Part shown: positions 30,176 through 41,025 of the stretch, piece after piece
Position numbering within the stretch: position 1 is the first letter of the stretch
Layout of the letters: each line of letters begins with the position of its first letter
Notes under the pieces: model-generated
What the model was told of the DNA's origin: nothing
Database searches by the model: none
The model's input: the letters and a program-made list of their open reading frames with translations, nothing else
Assembly (NCBI GenBank): GCA_963832165.1
Contig: CAWHTE010000003.1
Span: forward strand, 576,001-640,000
DNA from: an uncultured delta proteobacterium
Lineage (GTDB): Bacteria; Myxococcota_A; UBA9160; SMWR01
Length of the DNA: 64,000 bases
Direction of reading: 5' to 3'
Program-made: the position numbers and the translations under genes

Positions 30176-31313
30176 ATGAGCACAGAACAGGTATTGCCGT
30201 CGCCCGCGCGTCCGGTTGCGACTTCGAGGCGGGCGCTCTTCACCGTTGCTCTGGATCGCCGTCGTGCTCGCCGTGCTGGCTGCGATCGCCTACCACGCGC
30301 GCACGGGTGCGGTCTCTCCGCGCATCGCAAACCCGGAGATGACGGGTGTGCCTGCGCGTCCCGTGGAGTTCCTGTGCGGGAAGAGCGACGCCGACTGGCT
30401 CTACCGTCAGCAGGTCGGGTGTCTCATCATGATGCTCACGCTCACCGCTGCGTGCGTGCGCACGTGGATACGGAGTCCGGGTCACCCCTACGTCCTGATG
30501 GTGCTGGCCTCGACGGCCATCGTCTGGCAGGACCCGATCATGAACTGGGCGCCGTACGCGGTGTACAACCCGCAGCTCTGGCACTTCCCCGAAGACTGGC
30601 CGCTCGTGAGGATGTCGCCCACGGTCGAGCCCTTCGTCGTGATCGGATACTCGACCTTCTATTTCATCGCGCCGTTCTTCGTGAGCACGTGGATCCTGCG
30701 CGGAGTCCAGAAGCGCAGAGCCACCGACTCGTTCGTCTGGCGCCGCCCGCTGATCAGCCTCGCGGCGCTGATCTTCGTCACGGGGTTCATGATCGACGCG
30801 GCCCTGGAGATCTTCTGCGTTCACAGCGGGCTGTACATCTACTCGCAGGTGATTCCGTGGGGCTCGCTCTTCGTGGGAACGACCTTCCAGTTCCCGCTGA
30901 TCTGGGAATCTTCACTCGTCACCGTCGTGATGATTCCCGCAGGCGTCCTCTGCTATCGGGACGACACGGGGCGCACGCAGGCCGAGAAGCTGGCCCAGAG
31001 GCTGCGTTGGTTCCCCACACGGCCCGTGCTCGCCACGTTCCTGGTCATGGCCGGGATCCTGAACCTCTCTTATTTCGTGTATGGCGCCGGCTTCGGCGCA
31101 ATCCGCGCGTCGAAGCTCGCGACCTCCGTCGCGTGCCCGTATCCGTTCCCGGAAGCGAAGGTCTACGACCCGCAGGGCTTCTATGAGAGGGCGGGGCATC
31201 CCGGCCCGTATTTCGAGGGCCACTGGAACGGCTGGATGACCGCTCAGCCGGGCGGGCGCCCGACCGTGAACCCCGTGAAGCCAGATGGTCATTGCGGGCC
31301 CGATCGTGCCTGA
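30176..31313 (+). CDS. Spirocyclase AveC family membrane protein; +1 frameshift at ~30235
   Basis: WQDPIMNWAPYAVYNP, EP, DAALE, GLYIYSQ, FQFPL motifs; multiple TM helices. Confidence 0.7.
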
Positions 31314-32230
31314 GTCGCGCAGCGTCGTCATCACGGGTGCATCGCGCGGGCTCGGCTTCGCGTCCGCAGTGCATCTGTACCGCCTGGGATGGCGCGTCGT
31401 CGCAGCGATGCGCTCACCCGACGCGGGACTCGAGCGCCTGCGCGCGGCGACCGGCGCTGCCGCCGATGACGCGCGCTTGATCGGTGTCCGACTCGACCTG
31501 AACGATCCGACGTCGATCGCCGAGGCCGCGCGGAACATCGAGAAAGTCGTGGGTGCGCCCGACGTCCTCGTGCACAACGCCGGCATCGCCGCTGCCGGCT
31601 GTGTCGAGGACATGCCGATCAGCGTATGGAACGAGATCTTCTCGACGAATCTCTTCGGGCCGGTGGCGCTGACCCAGGCGCTGCTTGCCATCGATGCGGG
31701 CCGCGGGGCGCGGTCGGATCGTCGCGATCTCGAGTCAGGGCGGCGTCCACGGAATGCCGTCGATCGCCGCCTACTCCGCGGCGAAGGGGGCCCTGGAGCG
31801 GTGGGCCGAGGCGCTCGCGAACGAGATCGCGCCGTTCGGGCTCGGCGTCACCATCCTCGTCACGGGAACCTTCGACACCGACATCATCACGGAGAAGACT
31901 CCCGACTACCGCGACTTCGACGGGCCCTACGGCTCGCAGTACGTCGAGATCGATCGCCGCGGGCGCGCTGCGATGCGCTACGCGAGCCCGCCCGAGCGGT
32001 TCGCGCAGGGACTCGCCAAGGCTCTCGAGGAGCGGGCCCCGTTCGCCCGGCACGGGGTGGGCATCGACGCCCGCATGCTGCTGATCATCAACCGCCTTCT
32101 GCCGGCCCGGCTCGTCCACTGGATCATCCGTGTGGCGATGGGACTTCCGCGTCACGGTGCGCTGCGGGGCAAATCGCTCCAGCGCGTCGCGAACGACTTC
32201 GCGCAGAAAGAGAACGAACAGCATGGCTGA
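31306..32230 (+). CDS. Short-chain dehydrogenase/reductase; +1 frameshift at ~31686
   Basis: ITGASRGLG, HNAG; YSAAK (YxxxK) in the second frame. Confidence 0.88.
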
Positions 32231-33710
32231 CAAACCGAAGGTCCATTTCGAGTCGAGGATGCTGATCGACGGCAAGCTCGTCGACGGCGAGGCCGGCACG
32301 TTCGACGAACATCAACCCGGCCACCGAGGAGGTGCTCGGCGAGGTCGCGGACGCATCGAAGGCCGACATGCATCGCGCGATCGACGCCGCGCGCCGCGCC
32401 TTCGACAGGACGGACTGGTCGACCAACCGCGCGCTGCGCAAGCGCTGCCTCGAGCAGCTCCAGCAGGCGTTGGAAGCGGAGCAGGAAGAGCTCCGCGAAG
32501 AGCTCATCCTCGAGGTCGGTTGCCCGCGCATGGTGACGCACGGTCCGCAGCTGGACGCTCCGCTGCGCGGCGGGCTCACGTATCCCGCCAAGCTGATCGA
32601 CGAGTACCCCTGGGAGACGAACCTCGGCGACGCCGTCGTCGAGCTCACGAATCAGCTCACCACGCGGAAGATCTGGCGCGAGCCGGTGGGAGTGGTCGGC
32701 GCGATCGTGCCCTGGAACTTCCCGTTCGAGGTCACGATCAACAAGCTCGGTCAAGCGCTCGCGACGGGAAACACGGTGGTGTTGAAGCCCGCGCCGGACA
32801 CGCCGTTCAACGCGACACGCCTCGGGCGCCTGATCGCCGAGCACACCGACATCCCGCCCGGGGTGGTCAACGTCGTCACCGCTTCGGACCATCTCGTCGG
32901 AGAGGAGCTCACGCTCTCGCCCAAGGTCGACCTGATCTCGTTCACGGGCTCGACCGCCGTCGGCAAGAGGATCATGGAGAAGGGCGCGGCGACGATGAAG
33001 CGCCTGTTCCTCGAGCTCGGCGGGAAGTCGGCCACGATCGTGCTCGAGGACGCGAACCTCGCTGGCGCATGTCTGATCGGCATCGCGCCGTGCATGCACG
33101 CGGGGCAGGGGTGTGCGATTCCGACGCGGATGTTGCTGCCGCGATCGCGCTACGACGAGGGCGTGGCGATTCTCAAAGACATGTACGAGGGCGATCGTCC
33201 CCGGCGACCCGCAGGAACCCGGCACGCTATGCGGCCCCGTGATCTCGGCCAAGCAGCGCGCGCGCGTGCTCGGCTACATCCAGAAGGGCATCGACGAGGG
33301 CGCCAAGCTGCTCGTGGGCGGCACCGGCGCGCCCGCCGGTCGCGACAAGGGGTTCTGGGTGCGGCCCACGCTGTTCGTCGACGTCGACAACGCGATGACG
33401 ATCGCGCAGGAGGAGATCTTCGGCCCGGTCCTCGTCGTGATTCCGTTCGACGACGAGGAGGACGCGATCCGGATCGCCAACGACAGCGTGTATGGGCTGG
33501 CCGGCAACGTCATGTCGGGTTCGCTGGAGCATTCGCTGGCCGTCGCGCGCCGACTGCGCGCGGGCTTCGTCGGAATCAACGGCGGCGCGCCCTACGGCGC
33601 CGACGTGCCGTTCGGCGGCTACAAGGCCAGCGGCATCGGGCGCCAGAACGGCGATCGCCGGGTTCGACCAGTACACGGAAATCAAGTCGATCGCCTACCC
33701 CGTCGCCTGA
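32223..33710 (+). CDS. Aldehyde dehydrogenase; three +1 frameshifts (~32306, ~33192, ~33653)
   Basis: PWNFP, LKPA, FTGSTAVG, LELGGKS, GQGC, EEIFGPV, FGGYKASGIGR. Confidence 0.9.
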
Positions 33711-33722
33711 GGGAGACAGAGA

Positions 33723-34940
33723 TTGCAGCTATTCGACGACCTCGAGGACTTCGGAAGCTTCGACGACGCCGTCGCGGGTGACGTTCGGGACCCGTACACC
33801 GAGCTGGCGCGCGTGCGGCGTCAGGGAGCCGTGCAGCGCCTCGACATGTCGGGGTTGCCGCACGACGAGGCCAAGCCGGTCTTCATCGTCTATCGCTACG
33901 ACGAGATCGCGCAGGTGCTGCGCGACAACGAGACGTTCTCGTCCGGCATCGTGATCGCCGTGTTCGGCGATGCGTTCGGCAAGCACGTCATGCTCGGGAT
34001 GGATGAGCCCGAGCACCGCCGGTACCGCTCGCTGGCTGCCTCGGCGTTCACGCAGCGGGCGCTGGCGCGCCGACAGGACGAGCTCGTCGCGCAGGTGGCC
34101 AATGGGCTGATCGACCGCTTCGCGGAGCGCGGGCGTGCCGAGCTCGTGCGCGAGTTCACCTTCCCGTACCCGACCCAGATCATCGCGGGCCTGTTGGGCC
34201 TGCCGCGCGAGGACTATGCCCAGTTCCAGCGCTGGTCGATCTCGCTGCTCAGCATCACCGTCAACCGGGAGCGCGCGGTTGCCGCCTCAGCGGCGCTTCG
34301 CGACTACTTCGTGCCGATTCTCGCGGCGCGGCGGCAGGAGCCGCGCGACGACCTGATCAGCAGCCTGGCGCGAGCCGAGATCGACGGCGAGCACCTGTCG
34401 GACGAGGAGATCTTCTCGTTCCTGCGCTTGCTGCTGCCCGCCGGTGTCGAGACCACCTACCGCTCGTTCGGGAATCTGCTGTTCGGGTTGCTCTCCAACC
34501 CAGACCAGCTCGACGCGGTCCGTTCCAATCGCTCGCTGATCCCGCAGGCCATCGAGGAGGCGGTTCGCTGGGAGGCGCCGCTGCTCGTGATCACGCGCGT
34601 GGCCACGCGAGACACCGAGCTCGCGGGCATGCGGATCCCGGCCGGCTCCGCGGTCATGCCGATGCTCGGCGCGGCCAACCGCGACGAAGAGCGCTACCCC
34701 GATCCGGACCGCTTCGACATCTTCCGCGAGCCCAAGCCGATCATTTCGTGGGGCCACGGGGTCCACCTCTGCATGGGCATGCATCTGGCGCGGCTCGAGA
34801 TGCGCGTTGCGCTCGAGCTGATGCTCGACCGGCTCCCCGATCTGCGCCTCGATCCCGAGGGCAAGGATCCGCACATCCGCGGTCAGGTGTTCCGCTCACC
34901 GACGTCGTTGCCGGTCTTGTTCGACGCGAAATCGGGCTGA
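33723..34940 (+). CDS. Cytochrome P450
   Basis: AGVETT (I helix), EAVR (ExxR), WGHGVHLCMG (heme Cys). Confidence 0.95.
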   Translation: MQLFDDLEDFGSFDDAVAGDVRDPYTELARVRRQGAVQRLDMSGLPHDEAKPVFIVYRYDEIAQVLRDNETFSSGIVIAVFGDAFGKHVMLGMDEPEHRRYRSLAASAFTQRALARRQDELVAQVANGLIDRFAERGRAELVREFTFPYPTQIIAGLLGLPREDYAQFQRWSISLLSITVNRERAVAASAALRDYFVPILAARRQEPRDDLISSLARAEIDGEHLSDEEIFSFLRLLLPAGVETTYRSFGNLLFGLLSNPDQLDAVRSNRSLIPQAIEEAVRWEAPLLVITRVATRDTELAGMRIPAGSAVMPMLGAANRDEERYPDPDRFDIFREPKPIISWGHGVHLCMGMHLARLEMRVALELMLDRLPDLRLDPEGKDPHIRGQVFRSPTSLPVLFDAKSG

Positions 34941-35010
34941 GCGAACGGCGGCGCGCTGCCCGCAGAATTGTTTATGGCGTTGTCGCCCGCGATCCGATAG
35001 ATAGCCAGCT

Positions 35011-35313
35011 ATGGCGCGAATCCTCCTGGGCCTGCTGCTCGCACTGTCGCTCGGCGAGGTGATCGCGTCGCCCGTGTTGGCCGCGTTCGAGGTGTGCACG
35101 GCGACGTGCCCGGACGACCGACCCGATGGGACCTGCGAGCCGACCTGTGCCGATTGCGCCTGTTGTAGCCACGGAGTGCGGCCGCTCAGCACGGCTTCCG
35201 TGCCGGAGACACCCCTGGCACGGTTCGTTCGCGAGCTCCCTCCGCAACCGACACCGATCGCGCCTCTCTCGGTTCCGTGCGACATCTTCCACGTGCCCCT
35301 GTCCCTCGCGTGA
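35011..35313 (+). CDS. Small exported Cys-rich protein upstream of metal efflux operon (CzcI-like position)
   Basis: Signal peptide, CTATCPDD...CEPTCADCACCSH, C-terminal IFHVP. Confidence 0.6.
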   Translation: MARILLGLLLALSLGEVIASPVLAAFEVCTATCPDDRPDGTCEPTCADCACCSHGVRPLSTASVPETPLARFVRELPPQPTPIAPLSVPCDIFHVPLSLA

Positions 35314-35402
35314 TGCGGATCTGACGATCCATCGGAGCGATCGGCGCGCCGCGTCGTAGCGGCGCTGCGGTCTCTCCGCCTGCTTCACGCCGAGGGAAGT
35401 TC

Positions 35403-36611
35403 ATGGACCGATTGGCGACGGCCACCTTGTTGGCCGCCTGTTTTCTATTCGCCGCCCCACTCGCGAACGCCTTGACGCTCGATCAGGCTCTCCTTCGCGC
35501 ACGAGAACAGGGGCCCGCGGTGCTCGCCGCACGAGCGCGCATCGCCGAGGCTCGCGGCCGACTCACGGGCGCTTCCATGCTGCTGCGCGAGAACCCCACC
35601 GCCTCGGGCGCGGCGGGCCAGCGTCACGGCGATGACGATCACTCGTTCGCGGGCGAGGTCGGCATCGCACAGAACTTCGAGATCGCTGGGCAGCGCGGCG
35701 CGCGCGTGGATGGTGCGGAGGCCGGTGTCGCGCGGGCGACCGCAGCATCGGAGGACTCGGAACGGCGGCTGCTCCGCGCGGTCGCCGTCGCATTCTACGA
35801 CCTGCTCTACGCGCAGCAGAGCCGTGAGCTGGCGGGCCGTTCAGAGGACGTTGCGGGGGAAGTGGCCCGGATCGCCGACCGGCGTTACCGCGCTGAGGAC
35901 GTTCCGTTGCTCGACGCGAACCTGAGCCGCGCCGCGCACGCGCGTGCGCGCGCCGAGCGGATGGGCGCCGAGGCGCGGGTTGCCGCGGCGCAAGGCGAGC
36001 TGCGCACCCTGCTCGGGATGGCACCCGAGGAGTCTCTCGCTGCGGAAGGCGAACTGCATCCGGCTCCCTTCGACCGCGCGACCCTCACAGCTCGCTCGCT
36101 GGAGCGCGCCGACCTGCGCGCGATCGCGTCGCAGCTCGAACAGGCCGAGGCCGAGCGACGTCTTGCGCGACGCGAGTCGCTGCCCGACATCGGGCTCGGC
36201 GCGCGGTACGAGCGCGACGAAGGCGACGACATCGCTCTCGGCGAGGTTTCGGTTCCGATTCCACTCTTCGACCGGGCCCAGGGACGGCGCGCCGAGGCGG
36301 CTGCTCGGGTTCGACGCCTGCGTCTCGAGCTGGATGCCGCCCGGCGCGCGGCCCACGTCGAGCTGGAGTCGGCCCTCGCAGTGCACGCGCAGCGCATGGC
36401 CGCCGTCTCGGAGCTCGAGAGTGCGGTGCCTCTTCTCGACGAGAACGAATCGCTCGCGCGCCGCAGCTACGAAGCCGGAGAGCTGGGACTCGCCGAGCTG
36501 TTGCTGGTGCGCCGAGAGACGCTCGAAACCCGGCGTGAGCATCTGGACCGGGTACGCGAGGCCGCGGTCGCCGCGGTGGATGCGCGCGCGGCCGCTGGAG
36601 CGCTCGAATGA
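35403..36611 (+). CDS. czcC: TolC/CzcC outer membrane efflux protein
   Basis: Signal peptide; OEP repeats (VPIPLFDR, YEAGELGLAELL). Confidence 0.85.
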   Translation: MDRLATATLLAACFLFAAPLANALTLDQALLRAREQGPAVLAARARIAEARGRLTGASMLLRENPTASGAAGQRHGDDDHSFAGEVGIAQNFEIAGQRGARVDGAEAGVARATAASEDSERRLLRAVAVAFYDLLYAQQSRELAGRSEDVAGEVARIADRRYRAEDVPLLDANLSRAAHARARAERMGAEARVAAAQGELRTLLGMAPEESLAAEGELHPAPFDRATLTARSLERADLRAIASQLEQAEAERRLARRESLPDIGLGARYERDEGDDIALGEVSVPIPLFDRAQGRRAEAAARVRRLRLELDAARRAAHVELESALAVHAQRMAAVSELESAVPLLDENESLARRSYEAGELGLAELLLVRRETLETRREHLDRVREAAVAAVDARAAAGALE

Positions 36612-37816
36612 GACTTCACATCGCGTTGGCACTGATACCGGCCGCCTGGCTGTTTGCGTGCGATCGCTCCAGCGACCACGCGAACGAGGAGAACCAATCG
36701 CACGACGAGCAGGAGATCGAGAACGAGCCCGACGGCCACACCGACGAGTCGGCGGTGAGGATCGTGAGGATCGATCCCGGGATGCTGCGCGACCTCCGCA
36801 TCACGACGGCACCTGCCGAGGCCCGGGTCGGCGGGGAGGGCCTCACGATGCTCGGCGAAGTGACGGTGAACGAGGACGCCTACACCGAGGTCGGGACCTC
36901 GATTGCGGCGCGGGTGATCGAGTTGATCGCTTCGCCGGGTCAGCGCGTCTCCCGCGGTGATCCGCTGGCCGTACTCGAGAGCCCGGAGCTCGGCCGCGCC
37001 CGCGCGGAGTACGCCGGTGCGCGGGCACGCGCACAGCTCGCGGGCCGTGCACTCGAACGCAAGCGCGAGCTCGCCGGCGAGCGGATCGTCGCGGGTCGCG
37101 AGGTGCACGAAGCCCAGGCCGAGGCCGATGCCGCGGACGCAGACCTGCGCGCGGCCCGCGGCTCGCTCACGGCGCTCGGAATCGCGGATGACGAGCACGC
37201 TCGTAGCGGCCGCGTCGACCCGCGCTTCACGTTGCGAGCGCCGATCGCGGGGACCGTGCTCGAGCGCAGCATCGTGCAGGGTCAGACCACGGAGCCCGGG
37301 CGCGCGCTGTTCCGGATCGCGGACCTCGCGCGGCTCTGGCTCGAGGTGCACGCGTTCGAGCGGGATGCGATCCGCATTCAACCGGGCGCCACAGCGCGCC
37401 TGACCTTCGCTGCGCTCCCGGGGAAGAGCGTCACCGGGACTGCGACGCTCGTGGGCAGCCAGGTCGACACGAGCTCGCGCACGATCCCGATCCGCATCGA
37501 GGTCGACAACACCGACGCGATGCTGCGCCCCGGCATGTCGGCGAGCGCCTGGGTCCAGCTCGGTGACGACGCGCAGAAGATCGTCGCCGTCCCCGCGGCC
37601 GCGCTCCAGCGCAGTCGGGACGGCTGGTCGGTCTTCGTGCCGCGAGACAAGGCGGAGTTCGAGGTGCGCGAGGTCGGCCGTGGCCGCGATCTCGGCGGCG
37701 AGGTGGAGGTGGTCTCGGGCCTCGCACCGGGCGAGCTCGTGGTCGTGGACGGCGCGTTCCTGCTGAAGGCAGAGCAGGAGAAGGCGCGGGGGCAGGGCGG
37801 TCATCATGACCACTAG
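36608..37816 (+). CDS. czcB: RND periplasmic adaptor (CzcB/CusB type)
   Basis: Lipoprotein-like leader, His/acidic N-terminus, LRAPIAGTV, LRPGMS, C-terminal GHHDH. Confidence 0.88.
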   Translation: MRLHIALALIPAAWLFACDRSSDHANEENQSHDEQEIENEPDGHTDESAVRIVRIDPGMLRDLRITTAPAEARVGGEGLTMLGEVTVNEDAYTEVGTSIAARVIELIASPGQRVSRGDPLAVLESPELGRARAEYAGARARAQLAGRALERKRELAGERIVAGREVHEAQAEADAADADLRAARGSLTALGIADDEHARSGRVDPRFTLRAPIAGTVLERSIVQGQTTEPGRALFRIADLARLWLEVHAFERDAIRIQPGATARLTFAALPGKSVTGTATLVGSQVDTSSRTIPIRIEVDNTDAMLRPGMSASAWVQLGDDAQKIVAVPAAALQRSRDGWSVFVPRDKAEFEVREVGRGRDLGGEVEVVSGLAPGELVVVDGAFLLKAEQEKARGQGGHHDH

Positions 37817-40800
37817 CCAGCGGGCGGGCGGCGTGATCGCGCGCGTGATCGCGCTCTCGTTCGAGAAGCCGCTGCTCGTGGTCGTCCTGACGCTGGCCGC
37901 GGCGGGACTCGGCGTCGTGTCGTTCTCGGGTCTGCGCCGCGACGTATTTCCCGACCTCTCGGCGCCGGTCTTCAACGTGATCGTGCAGAACGCCGCGATG
38001 GGCGCGGAAGAGCTCGAGACGGCGATCGCGATCCCGCTCGAGGTGGCGCTCGCGGGCCTGCCCGAGGTGCGCCGCATCCGGTCGACGAGCCAGCTCGGCG
38101 TCGCCCAGGTGACGATCGAGTTCGAGCCGGACGCCGACTACTACCGGTCGCGCCAGTTCGTCGCCGAACGCATCGCGGAGGCGAGTGCACAGCTTCCACC
38201 CGGCACGGACCCGCCGCTGCTCTCGAGCCTGACCGGGCGGCTCAACGAGATCTTCGAATTCACGCTCGAAGCAGAGCTAGGCGCAGCGGACCTCATGACG
38301 CTGCGCGACCTCGCCGAGTTCGAGGTGCAGAGGCGCCTGCTCGCCGTGCCCGGTGTGGCGGCCGTGGAGCGACTGGGCGGATACCTGCGACAGTTCCAGG
38401 TGCAGCTCGACCCCGACCGCATGTCGGCGCGCGGCGCGACGCTCGACGAGGTGCTGCACGCGGTCGAGGGCGCGAACCAGAATTCCGCGGGCGGCTTCGT
38501 GGTGCAGGGGCCGACCGAATGGACGGTCCGCGCGGTGGGACGTGCGACCAGCGTCGAGGACCTGCGGAGCACCGTGGTCGCGATGCGCGCGGGAACGCCG
38601 ATCCTGCTCGGCGACGTCGCGGACGTGCGCGAGGCGCCCGCGGTGCGCCGTGGGATCGCTCATCGGCTGCGCGGAGAGGTCGTCAGCTGCCGGATCGTGA
38701 AGCAGTTCGGCGCGGATACGATGGCGGTGGCGGCTGGGATTCGGGATGCGATCGAGGACATCCGCTCGGGACTGCCCCAGGGTGTCGAGCTGCGCGTCGT
38801 CTACGACCAGTCGGAGCTCGTCGGTGCAGCGCTGGGCGGAGTAGGGCGCGCCGTAGTCGTGGGTGGCGTGCTCGTCGTCGGAGTGCTGTTCGCATTCCTG
38901 GGCGATCTGCGCGCGGCACTGCTCGTGACGTTCACGATCCCGCTCTCGATCGCGCTCGCCGGAATCCTGCTCGAGCGCGCCGGAGTCGGGCTCAACACGA
39001 TGACGCTCGGCGGCCTCGCGATCGCGGTCGGGCTGCTCGTGGACGCCTCGATCATCGTGGTCGAGAACACCGTGCACCGGATCACGGCGCAGCGAGACGA
39101 GACGCGCCGAGGCGTAGCCCTCGCCTCGGCGATCGAAGTCGGCCGCCCCATCGCCTTCGCGACGGCGATCGTGGTCGCGGTATTCGTGCCGCTCTTCGGC
39201 CTCTCGGGCATCGAGGGCCGCATGTATCGCCCGCTCGCCTCGGCCGTGATCGCGACGGTTCTGGCCTCGCTCGTGCTCGCGGTGACGCTAGTGCCCGTGC
39301 TCGCGGCGTTCGTGCTGCGGCCACGCCGGCCCGACCAGCCCGAAGACGTTCCGTGGGTGCATCGGCTCAAGGAACGCTATGCGCCAGCGCTCGACGCGTG
39401 CCTGCGCCATGGAGCGCGCACGCGAATCGGTGCGCTCGCGCTCGTGATTCCGGCGCTCGCGCTCGCGCTGTGGATCGGCAGCGATTTCATGCCGGCGCTC
39501 GACGAGGGCGCCTTTCTGCTCCAGACCAATCTGCCGCCCGAGGCTTCGCTCGCAGAAGTGGACCGGCTCAATCATCGCGTCGAGGACGTGCTGCGCGAGT
39601 TTCCCGAGGTGGAGGACGTGGTGCGGCGTACCGGGCGTGCCGAGCGCACCGAAGACCCGATGCCGCACACGCTCTCCGACGTGCTCGTGGTCCTGCGTCG
39701 CGACCGCGACCGATCGCTCGAGGAGCTCGAAGAGGCCATGCGCGAAAGCGTCGAGCGCGTGCCCGGGGTCTCGACCTTGTTCACGACGCCGCTCGGGATG
39801 CGGATCGACGAGGGCCTCGGCGGCACTCCCGCGGATCTGTCGGTGCGCATCTTCGGTCCCGATCTCGATGAACTCGGGCAGCTGGCCGACCGGGCGCGCG
39901 AGGCGATGTCGGAGATCGACGGGATCGCCGACCTGCGCGCCGAGAGCATCGCCGGACTTCCGCAGCTGCGCATCGCCGTGGACCGCGCGGCGGCTGCCCG
40001 GGTCGGGCTCACACCCGGAGACGTGATCCGCGCCGTGCGCGTCGGGCTCGTCGGCGAGGAGCAGTCCGAGATCTGGGTCGGGCAGCGCCGCTTCGATCTC
40101 GTGGTGAAGCTGCAGGACCACCGGCGCGCGGACGCGAACGCGATCCGATCGCTGTTCGTCGACGGGCACGATGGAACGCGGATGTCGCTGGGCCAGCTCG
40201 CCGCGATCGAGGAGGTGAGCGCACCGGGCGCGATCCGGCGCGAGGCGGGAAGCCGCCGGATCGCGGTCGAAGCAAGTGTGGTCGGGCGCGATCTCGCGAG
40301 CACGGCCGAAGAAGTGGAGCGGCGACTCGCCAGCGAGCTCACGCTGCCGCAGGGCTACTTCGTCGACGTGGGCGGGCGCGTGGAGAGTCAACAGCGTGCC
40401 GCGCGAGCGCTCCGGGTCGCGCTCGCCGTTGCAGCGCTCGCGGTCTTCGTGCTGCTCTACCTCGCGCTCGGCTCGCTGCCGGAAGTGCTCGCGATCCTCG
40501 TGAGCCTGCCGGTCGCGCTCGTCGGTGCAGTGATCGCGCTCGCGCTCTCGGGCGGCACCTGGAATGTGTCGTCGCTCGTCGGACTGTGCGGGCTGCTCGG
40601 GATCGCGGTCCAGAACGGCCTGGTGCTCGTCGCGCAAACGCGCTCGCTCCATGCCGAGGGAAAGTCGTTCGATGAGGCGCTTCGCGAAGCGTGCATCGGC
40701 CGCGTCCGGCCCAAGCTCATGACCGCCACGACGGCCGTCCTCGGCTTGCTACCGATGGTGGTGCTGCGCCTGGAGGGTACCGAGATCGAACGGCCCCTCG

Positions 40801-40922
40801 CGATCGTGATGATCGGCGGACTCGTGACATCCACCCTGTTCACGCTGCTCGCGCTTCCCGCGTTCTATTCCTTTGCGCATCGCTTCGCGCAGGATCGCCT
40901 AGCGCTTGCGGATGATGCTTAG
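37806..40922 (+). CDS. czcA: Heavy-metal RND transporter (CzcA/CusA family)
   Basis: DVFPDL, LGGLAIAVGLLVDASIIVVEN, FMPALDEG, RVRPKLMTA. Confidence 0.92.
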   Translation: MTTSQRAGGVIARVIALSFEKPLLVVVLTLAAAGLGVVSFSGLRRDVFPDLSAPVFNVIVQNAAMGAEELETAIAIPLEVALAGLPEVRRIRSTSQLGVAQVTIEFEPDADYYRSRQFVAERIAEASAQLPPGTDPPLLSSLTGRLNEIFEFTLEAELGAADLMTLRDLAEFEVQRRLLAVPGVAAVERLGGYLRQFQVQLDPDRMSARGATLDEVLHAVEGANQNSAGGFVVQGPTEWTVRAVGRATSVEDLRSTVVAMRAGTPILLGDVADVREAPAVRRGIAHRLRGEVVSCRIVKQFGADTMAVAAGIRDAIEDIRSGLPQGVELRVVYDQSELVGAALGGVGRAVVVGGVLVVGVLFAFLGDLRAALLVTFTIPLSIALAGILLERAGVGLNTMTLGGLAIAVGLLVDASIIVVENTVHRITAQRDETRRGVALASAIEVGRPIAFATAIVVAVFVPLFGLSGIEGRMYRPLASAVIATVLASLVLAVTLVPVLAAFVLRPRRPDQPEDVPWVHRLKERYAPALDACLRHGARTRIGALALVIPALALALWIGSDFMPALDEGAFLLQTNLPPEASLAEVDRLNHRVEDVLREFPEVEDVVRRTGRAERTEDPMPHTLSDVLVVLRRDRDRSLEELEEAMRESVERVPGVSTLFTTPLGMRIDEGLGGTPADLSVRIFGPDLDELGQLADRAREAMSEIDGIADLRAESIAGLPQLRIAVDRAAAARVGLTPGDVIRAVRVGLVGEEQSEIWVGQRRFDLVVKLQDHRRADANAIRSLFVDGHDGTRMSLGQLAAIEEVSAPGAIRREAGSRRIAVEASVVGRDLASTAEEVERRLASELTLPQGYFVDVGGRVESQQRAARALRVALAVAALAVFVLLYLALGSLPEVLAILVSLPVALVGAVIALALSGGTWNVSSLVGLCGLLGIAVQNGLVLVAQTRSLHAEGKSFDEALREACIGRVRPKLMTATTAVLGLLPMVVLRLEGTEIERPLAIVMIGGLVTSTLFTLLALPAFYSFAHRFAQDRLALADDA

Positions 40923-41025
40923 GCTCTTCGCACTCGACACGTCAAAGATTCCACAGCCGTGATAGGTCGTGATAGGCTGTCCGGCCGGCAGCGGAAGCAT
41001 GAAGAGCAGCAGCGGAGCAAATGCC

